Source: Oscillospiraceae bacterium
Lineage (GTDB): Bacteria > Bacillota > Clostridia > Oscillospirales > Oscillospiraceae
Reading direction: 5' to 3'
DNA length: 64,000 nucleotides
Assembly: GCA_017502285.1 (NCBI GenBank)
Contig: JAFVVH010000019.1
Span: 34,432 to 98,431 of the forward strand
The notes under the pieces were generated by a model. It had not been told where the DNA came from. It ran no database searches and saw nothing but the letters and a program-made list of their open reading frames with translations. Position numbers and translations under genes: made by a program. Shown here in pieces: positions 57,816-64,000 of the stretch. Position 1 is the first letter of the stretch. Every line of letters begins with the position of its first letter.

Positions 57816-59204
57816 ATGGGCACTTCATACGATGTGATCATTCTGGGCTGCGGCGAAACCGGTATCTTCGCCGCCTACGAGCTTTCCAAGCTGCGCCCCG
57901 ACCTGAAGGTACTGGCTTTGGATCAGGGCCGGGACATCTACAGCCGCAGCTGCCCCATCGTGGCCGGCAAGGTGAAGGAGTGCATCCACTGCAAGGTGTG
58001 CGACACCATGTGCGGCTTTGGAGGCGCAGGCGCATTTTCCGACGGTAAGTTCAATTTCACCACCCAGTTCGGCGGCTGGCTGACCGACTTCATGGCCCCG
58101 GAGACGGTAATGGAACTGATCGAGTACGTGGACAGCGTGAATGTGGCCCACGGCGCCACCACCGAGGTCTATTCCACCCAGACTCCAGAAGCGCGTGCTC
58201 TGGAACGAAAGGCGCTGGCCCATGATCTGCACCTGCTGCAGGCTCGCTGCAAGCATCTGGGCACAGAGAACAATCTGCGCATTCTGACCAATATTTACGA
58301 GGGTCTGCGGGACAAGGTGGAGTTCCGCTTCAACACCGCCGTGGAGTCCATCGACCGGGATGGCGACGGCTACCGCCTGACGCTGGAAAAGGGCGGCGAG
58401 CTTTCCTGCCGCTGTCTGCTGGCCGCCCCCGGCCGCTCCGGCGCGGAGTGGTTCTCCAAGCAGTGTCAGCGCCTTGGCATCAAGCTGATCAACAATCAGG
58501 TGGATATCGGTGTGCGTGTGGAGCTGCCCGCCGCTGTCTTTGAGCACATCACCGACGTGGTGTACGAGTCCAAGCTTGTCTACCGCACCAAGCAGTACGG
58601 CGATCAGGTGCGCACCTTCTGCATGAACCCCTACGGCCACGTCGTGGCAGAAAATGTAGAGGGCATCAATACCGTCAACGGCCACTCCTACGCCGACCCC
58701 GCCCTGCGCAGCGAGAACACCAACTTCGCCCTGCTGGTGTCCAACCGCTTCACCTCCCCCTTTAACGAGCCCTACCGCTACGGCAAGCACATCGCCTCCC
58801 TGTCCAACATGCTGGCCGGAGGTGTCCTGGTCCAGCGTTTTGGCGATCTGGTGGAGGGCATCCGTACCAACGACCACCGTCTGGGCCACTCCTTCGTGCG
58901 CCCCACTCTGACCGCCGCCGTTCCCGGCGACCTGTCCCTCGCCCTGCCCAAGCGCCAGCTGGACGATATCATCGAAATGATCTACGCACTGGACAAGATC
59001 GCCCCCGGCACCGCCAACTACGACACCCTGCTCTACGGCGCGGAGGTCAAGTTCTACTCCGCCCGGCTGGAACTGTCCGGCGAGCTGGAAACCGCCCTGC
59101 CCGGCCTGTTCGCCGCCGGCGATGGGGCAGGTGTGACAAGAGGTCTCGCCCAAGCGGGTGCATCCGGCATTCAGGCCGCCAGAGCGATCTGCAACCGAAT
59201 TTGA
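57816..59204 (+). CDS. FAD/NAD(P)-dependent oxidoreductase with Cys cluster
   Basis: IILGCGETGIFAA, GFGGAGAFSDGK, RTFCMNP, AGDGAGVTRGL. Confidence 0.88.
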   Translation: MGTSYDVIILGCGETGIFAAYELSKLRPDLKVLALDQGRDIYSRSCPIVAGKVKECIHCKVCDTMCGFGGAGAFSDGKFNFTTQFGGWLTDFMAPETVMELIEYVDSVNVAHGATTEVYSTQTPEARALERKALAHDLHLLQARCKHLGTENNLRILTNIYEGLRDKVEFRFNTAVESIDRDGDGYRLTLEKGGELSCRCLLAAPGRSGAEWFSKQCQRLGIKLINNQVDIGVRVELPAAVFEHITDVVYESKLVYRTKQYGDQVRTFCMNPYGHVVAENVEGINTVNGHSYADPALRSENTNFALLVSNRFTSPFNEPYRYGKHIASLSNMLAGGVLVQRFGDLVEGIRTNDHRLGHSFVRPTLTAAVPGDLSLALPKRQLDDIIEMIYALDKIAPGTANYDTLLYGAEVKFYSARLELSGELETALPGLFAAGDGAGVTRGLAQAGASGIQAARAICNRI

Positions 59205-59404
59205 TCTTCCTCTTTCGCGAGGATGCGGCGCCGTCGCGCCCTGTTTTCGGGCACGACGGCGTTCCTGCATTTTCTTCCCAATCCGCCCAAAACGCTTCGC
59301 ATCCCGATATGATTTCTGTCATAATTTTTGACAACCATTATACAATCGGATGTATAAATGACGAACTGCGTCGAGCCGCGTCGAAACCCCTTGGCAGAAC
59401 AGGG

Positions 59405-59522
59405 TTTTCCACATTGTCCACAGGATTTTCCACATTGTATTATGTTTACCCACACGTCTTACACATGCAAAATCCGGGTGACATAACGTCTGTCAAGGAG
59501 AAAAGCAAGGTCGAAATCCACA
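59405..59522 (+). promoter_or_regulatory. DnaA-box cluster
   Basis: TTTTCCACA 59405, TTGTCCACA 59414, TTTTCCACA 59426, TTACCCACA 59446, AAATCCACA 59514 vs consensus TTATCCACA. Confidence 0.75.
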
Positions 59523-59592
59523 AAAATATTTTTGCAGGATTTGAACTGCCAGCCGTCGTTTGGCTGACACGCAGAGGGGAGCTGACACCCAC

Positions 59593-60969
59593 ATGAGTTT
59601 ACACACAACACAGACCATTGCCGCCGTAGCCACCGGCTTGCCGGGAGCCATCGGCATCCTGCGCCTGTCCGGTCCAAACGCCGTATCCATTGCGGCCCAG
59701 CTGTTTCGCGCCGCAGACGGTTTGCCTTTGGAGACACATCCCCCGCGCAGCATGGTCTACGGCAGTCTGCTGGATTCACAGGGAAAGGTCATTGACCGCA
59801 TGGTGTGCACCTACAGCCGCGGTCCGGCCAGCTACACCGGCGAGGACACCGCGGAGCTGCAATGCCACGGCTCCCCGCTGGTACTTCAGCTGGGTCTGGA
59901 GGCCTTGTTCCATTTGGGCGCCCGGCAGGCGCTGCCGGGTGAGTTTACCAAGCGGGCCTTCCTCAACGGACGACTGGATCTGGCGCAAGCCGAAGCGGTG
60001 GTGGACCTGATCGACGCTCAAAGCCGGGAGGGAGTTTACCAGTCTGCCGGCCAGCTGGCCGGAGCACTGAGCCGCAGGGTGGACGGCATCTATTCCGGTC
60101 TGGTGGACCTGATGGCCCATTTCCATGCCGTGCTGGACTATCCGGACGAGGACATCGACCCCTTCAAAGAGGAACAGATGGTCCAAAGCATGCGCTGGGC
60201 GCAGGAGGAACTGACCGCCCTGCTTTCCACCCACCGAAGGGGAGAAAGTCTGGTAGGTGGCCTTCCCTGCGCCATCACAGGCAAACCCAACGCAGGCAAG
60301 TCTTCTCTGCTCAATGCCCTTTTGGGCTATGACCGGGCCATCGTCACCGACATCCCCGGCACCACCCGTGACACCGTGGAAGAGCGTGTACGCCTGGGCG
60401 GTGTGCTGCTGCGCCTCATTGACACCGCCGGTCTGCGGGACAGCGCCGACCCCATCGAGCGCATGGGTGTGGAGCGCAGCCGAACTGCCATGGAGCAGGC
60501 TGCCCTCATCCTCTTTTTGTGCGACCAATCCGTCCCCTTCACCCAAGAGGATGCTCGGCTTTTGGAGCAGGCCACGACCTGCGCACCCACCATTCTGGTG
60601 TGGAACAAAACAGACCTGCCCTCCGCCCCCACCCCCTTCCTGCATCTGCCGGAAGATATGCCGGTGGTGGAGGTCAGCGCCAAAACCGGACAGGGGTTGG
60701 ACGCTCTTGAGCAGGCGGTTGCCTCTCTTGTCCCCCACAGCGACACGGACAGCGGCGCCCTGCTCACCAATGCCCGGCAGGCGGATGCTGCCCGGCGAGC
60801 CTTGGAGTCGGTAAGTCTTGCCCGGCAGAGCCTGCAGGCAGGCTACACTCCCGACGCGGTGCTGGTGGACATTGAAAATGCCCTGTCCGCTTTGGGCGAA
60901 TTGACTGGCCGCTCCGTCCGGGAGGACATTACCGCCCGCATCTTCGAGCGGTTTTGTGTGGGAAAATGA
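59593..60969 (+). CDS. mnmE: tRNA modification GTPase MnmE
   Basis: TIAAVAT, SYTGED, GEFTKRAFLNGRLDL, GKPNAGKSS, GTTRD, DTAG, NKTD, FCVGK. Confidence 0.96.
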   Translation: MSLHTTQTIAAVATGLPGAIGILRLSGPNAVSIAAQLFRAADGLPLETHPPRSMVYGSLLDSQGKVIDRMVCTYSRGPASYTGEDTAELQCHGSPLVLQLGLEALFHLGARQALPGEFTKRAFLNGRLDLAQAEAVVDLIDAQSREGVYQSAGQLAGALSRRVDGIYSGLVDLMAHFHAVLDYPDEDIDPFKEEQMVQSMRWAQEELTALLSTHRRGESLVGGLPCAITGKPNAGKSSLLNALLGYDRAIVTDIPGTTRDTVEERVRLGGVLLRLIDTAGLRDSADPIERMGVERSRTAMEQAALILFLCDQSVPFTQEDARLLEQATTCAPTILVWNKTDLPSAPTPFLHLPEDMPVVEVSAKTGQGLDALEQAVASLVPHSDTDSGALLTNARQADAARRALESVSLARQSLQAGYTPDAVLVDIENALSALGELTGRSVREDITARIFERFCVGK

Positions 60970-61030
60970 CCTTGCGCCCCGAACGCAAATCATGTAAACT
61001 ATAATCCAAACTGACATCTGGAGGACCACC

Positions 61031-61819
61031 GTGGCAGGAAAGCGATTGCAAAAGCCCGCGAGGCGCAAAAAAAAGCGAGGGATGGCCCTGCTCGTCTCCC
61101 GTCTCATTCGGTTGGGTATGGTAGCGGTACTGCTGTCGTTCCTGTTTTTGGCGGTCCTTGGCATCCGCTTGTGCGCAAACTGGATCTCTTCGCTCCCTGC
61201 TCCGGCCCAAAGCGAAGCGGCTCAGGAGTATGACGGCACACCCGACACACAGGCGCAACCTTCCATCCCCACTGTCCAAGCCATTTGCGGCACCGTCACC
61301 GTAGACCCCGGCCACGGGGGTATTGACCCGGGCTGTGGCGAGGAGGGCTCGCTGGAAAAGGATATCGTGCTACCCATCTCCATGAAGCTGAAGGCACTTC
61401 TGGAGCAAGCAGGTGTCACCGTGGTCATGACCCGCACCACAGACCAAACAGTCAGTTTGGATGACCGGGCCATTATGGCCAACAATGCCGCCAGCGACCT
61501 GTTTGTCAGCATCCACTGCAATTCCTACGAAGGCGTGGCCCGGGGCATGGACTGCTATTATCACAAGAATGACAGCGCCAAGCTGCTGGCGCAGGCCATT
61601 CTGGACCGGGCAGGCGAGCTGGGTATCGTGACCCGGCAGGTACAAAAAAATAACTATCAGGTGCTGTGGGACACAGATATGCCCGCCGTTTTGGTGGAAA
61701 CGGGTTTTCTGACCGACCCTGATGACCGGGCCGCGCTGCTCGACCCTGCTCATCAGGACACGGTGGCCCGTGCCATCGCCGACGCAGTGCTGGCCTATCT
61801 TGGCGCGCAGACCGCTTGA
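61031..61819 (+). CDS. N-acetylmuramoyl-L-alanine amidase (Amidase_3), membrane-anchored
   Basis: VDPGHGGIDPG, LEKD, SIHCN, PAVLVETGF. Confidence 0.92.
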   Translation: MAGKRLQKPARRKKKRGMALLVSRLIRLGMVAVLLSFLFLAVLGIRLCANWISSLPAPAQSEAAQEYDGTPDTQAQPSIPTVQAICGTVTVDPGHGGIDPGCGEEGSLEKDIVLPISMKLKALLEQAGVTVVMTRTTDQTVSLDDRAIMANNAASDLFVSIHCNSYEGVARGMDCYYHKNDSAKLLAQAILDRAGELGIVTRQVQKNNYQVLWDTDMPAVLVETGFLTDPDDRAALLDPAHQDTVARAIADAVLAYLGAQTA

Positions 61820-61833
61820 GGAGGGAGCGACCA

Positions 61834-62076
61834 ATGGAACAAGAGCTTTTTTTGCCTACTCTTTCCTCCATGGAGTATGGAAATCCGTGGACGGGCAGCA
61901 GAAAAAATGCCCGCTGGCGCATTATCCCGGCAGACGGACAGATGGCGGCAGAGGTTTGGCCCGGCCCGCTGTGCTACGAGTGCAGCACCGTGACCCACAC
62001 CGCCAGCTTTCCCATCAGCGAAGAAGGCATCGATCAGCTGCGCACGTGGCTGTTTGACCGTTCGGAAGAACTGTAA
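61834..62076 (+). CDS. Small hypothetical protein
   Basis: SD GAGGGAG; LFLPTL...NPWTGS...VWPGPLCYE...FPISEEGI. Confidence 0.7.
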   Translation: MEQELFLPTLSSMEYGNPWTGSRKNARWRIIPADGQMAAEVWPGPLCYECSTVTHTASFPISEEGIDQLRTWLFDRSEEL

Positions 62077-62117
62077 AAAAACGATCCCGCTGCCATATGG
62101 CAGCGGGATCGTTTTTT
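62075..62117. terminator. Bidirectional terminator
   Basis: AAAAAACGATCCCGCTGCC / GGCAGCGGGATCGTTTTTT. Confidence 0.85.
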
Positions 62118-62122
62118 GTTTT

Positions 62123-62350
62123 TTAGATAATGTTCAGCACCAGAGTCAGCACCAGCCAAACGGCGCACACCCACTTAGTGCCCTTGGCCAACTTGGCGTC
62201 CAGGCTCTTGGCCTTGTTCTTAGCCAGGAAGGTATCCGCACCGCCGGCAATGGCACCGGACAGGCCGGCACTCTTACCAGACTGAAGCATGACCACGGCC
62301 ACCAGAAGCAGGCACAGAACCACCTGAATGATCGTAAGCGCGAGCTGCAT
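62123..62350 (-). CDS. secG: Preprotein translocase subunit SecG
   Basis: VMLQSGKSAGLSGAIAGGA, 2 TM; promoter TTGCTT-17-TATAAT 62455-62427. Confidence 0.93.
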   Translation of the reverse strand: MQLALTIIQVVLCLLLVAVVMLQSGKSAGLSGAIAGGADTFLAKNKAKSLDAKLAKGTKWVCAVWLVLTLVLNII

Positions 62351-62497
62351 AATTTCATCGTTCCTTTCAAATCCCCAGCAGGGATATTTCTTGTATCAAC
62401 GGACAAATTGTCCGAACGTAGAGTGCATTATACCATGCCTGTCCAGGAAAAGCAACCCCTTTCCCGGAATTTTGTTGCCAGCCGCAGCACGTCACGT

Positions 62498-63358
62498 TCA
62501 GAGCGACCCCTCCGCGGTTTCATCGGCCAACATCGCCGCGCTGCCCATCCGGCTCACCTGTCCGGTCCGGGGATCCAGCTGGTAGGCGCCGGTATCGGTC
62601 TTTACGTACCAGACCGGGGTCAGCTGGGCCGGGCCGGACAGATTCACGCTCAAAGTATAGGCCGACTCTATGCCGTCTATGCGGTTATAGATATCTCCGA
62701 GCTCATTCATCCCGTTGTAGAGCCGCATAAGGGCCGTGGCTACCGAAACAGCACTTTCCTCTTTTCCGAAACCGGGGCGGCCCGGCACGCGCTGCCCGGC
62801 TGTGATGCTCACCAGACTCCCATCCCGGTAATTCAGAGTCGCCTGACAGCCCAGCACCGGCACACTGTTCACCGTCTGCCGCAGGGTAACGCTCTGGTCG
62901 TTGCGTTCCAGCACTACCCCTTCAAAATCCAGCACAGCCAGCAACTGTACACCGTGCTGTGCCACATCTTCCTCCCCCACAGCAAACGCCCCCGGCTCAA
63001 ATTCCGCCAGAAACTCTCCTGTGCTGTGGATCTGAAGCCAGCCCAGCTCGCTTTGATAGCGGTATACATCGCCGCCTCGGGCCTCTACCGCTATGGCTCC
63101 GCCAAGCAGCTTGGCCGCCAGAGCATGCTCCCGCTCCAGATCCCGCTGTGCCTGTAGCCCGGGCAGGGATATCTGCCGGGGAACCACCTGATCGTCCAGC
63201 TCGATCCCGCTGTCCCGGATGATTTGAATGGCGCTTTCCCGGGCCGCGTCATGGCTTTGGTTGTCCTGCGCCCACCGTCCACCCACCAGCACCAGCAAAA
63301 AGCCGTTGAGCAGCAGCAGGACGATGATGACGATGTTTTTGATTTTTGTACCTTCCAT
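62498..63358 (-). CDS. YycI(WalI)-like membrane-anchored protein
   Basis: KIKNIVIIVLLLLNGFL N-terminal TM; LTPVWYVKT near C-terminus. Confidence 0.55.
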   Translation of the reverse strand: MEGTKIKNIVIIVLLLLNGFLLVLVGGRWAQDNQSHDAARESAIQIIRDSGIELDDQVVPRQISLPGLQAQRDLEREHALAAKLLGGAIAVEARGGDVYRYQSELGWLQIHSTGEFLAEFEPGAFAVGEEDVAQHGVQLLAVLDFEGVVLERNDQSVTLRQTVNSVPVLGCQATLNYRDGSLVSITAGQRVPGRPGFGKEESAVSVATALMRLYNGMNELGDIYNRIDGIESAYTLSVNLSGPAQLTPVWYVKTDTGAYQLDPRTGQVSRMGSAAMLADETAEGSL

Positions 63359-63388
63359 GCTTCTGCCCCCTGTTCGCGGTCTGCGCGC

Positions 63389-64000
63389 TTAGTTAGCTAC
63401 CCAGCCGGCCTTGGCCAGCTCTCCGCTGTCCTGATAGCACAGCTGCAGTTGACCGCCCGTCTTACCCAGCTCCACCATGGCGGCTGCCGCCTGCTTCTGG
63501 GGCAGGACCAAGGTGGTCTGCTCCAATGCGGCATAGGTGCGCAGCTGCAGCTCAAATTGTGTAATGCAGCCCTGCTCCACCAGCACCGAAGCCGCATAGC
63601 CCCGCTGCCCCGTCTGAACGGGCACGCCGTCCAGCGCATAGCGGAACTCCAGCCGCCAACGGTCCTGTCCTTCGGCCTCTGCCCGGTCAAGATAGACCCG
63701 GGCATCTCCCCGCCACAGGTCAAGTACGCCCCGCACCAGCCGGGCCGCACTGTCCACGACGGCAAAAACCGGACTGCTCCCCTCGGAAGCGGTCACGGGG
63801 TAGCGTTGCTCCTCCGGTGTACTGGAATAGGTGACAAGTCCGCTGTTGGAAACGGACAGGGTGTCGTTTCCGCTGCGAGCCCTTCGCCCCTCCGGCGTTT
63901 CATATATGGTGGTGATACCCAGCGGAAAGGACAGGGCCTCCAACAACTCGGTGAGCCGCTGCTCCTCTCCCGCGGGGATGGGATTGGTCGCCACATATTC
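63389..64000 (-). CDS. 5'-truncated hypothetical protein (YycH-like position)
   Basis: Open frame from window end; FRYALDGVPV; C-terminal AGW; directly upstream of the YycI-like gene. Confidence 0.55.
   Translation of the reverse strand, partial: EYVATNPIPAGEEQRLTELLEALSFPLGITTIYETPEGRRARSGNDTLSVSNSGLVTYSSTPEEQRYPVTASEGSSPVFAVVDSAARLVRGVLDLWRGDARVYLDRAEAEGQDRWRLEFRYALDGVPVQTGQRGYAASVLVEQGCITQFELQLRTYAALEQTTLVLPQKQAAAAMVELGKTGGQLQLCYQDSGELAKAGWVAN

Overview
64 kb of core-like chromosome from a GC-rich (~60%) anaerobic Firmicute. Gene content and style suggest Clostridia, probably Oscillospiraceae-like (inference). In order: two paralogous surface proteins (one cohesin+dockerin, one CHAP/NlpC-like+cohesin+SLH), MATE, TspO, AbgT+M20 peptidase, SGNH hydrolase, DUF3048 lipoprotein, an orphan MsmX/MalK ATPase with a long structured leader, a 9-gene Na+-type V/A-ATPase operon, a 1879-aa SLH protein, MarR, a shikimate/pheA operon with frameshifted aroC, cinA-HAD-thiI, butyryl-CoA:acetate CoA-transferase, type IIA topoisomerase B and A genes split by sdaAB-sdaAA, tRNA-Gly(GCC), pncB, an SLH-SGNH protein, proS, a DnaA-box cluster before mnmE, an amidase, secG and YycH/YycI-like genes. 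No transposase, prophage or CRISPR array was seen. Best leads: (1) a Phe/Tyr/Trp leader-peptide attenuator, absent from the ORF track, upstream of the aro operon; (2) a putative non-cellulosomal cohesin-dockerin surface assembly of Cys-His hydrolase paralogs; (3) an msmX leader whose perfect Shine-Dalgarno lies 114 nt from the AUG across a multi-hairpin RNA. All calls come from motif reading by eye; no searches or folding programs were run.
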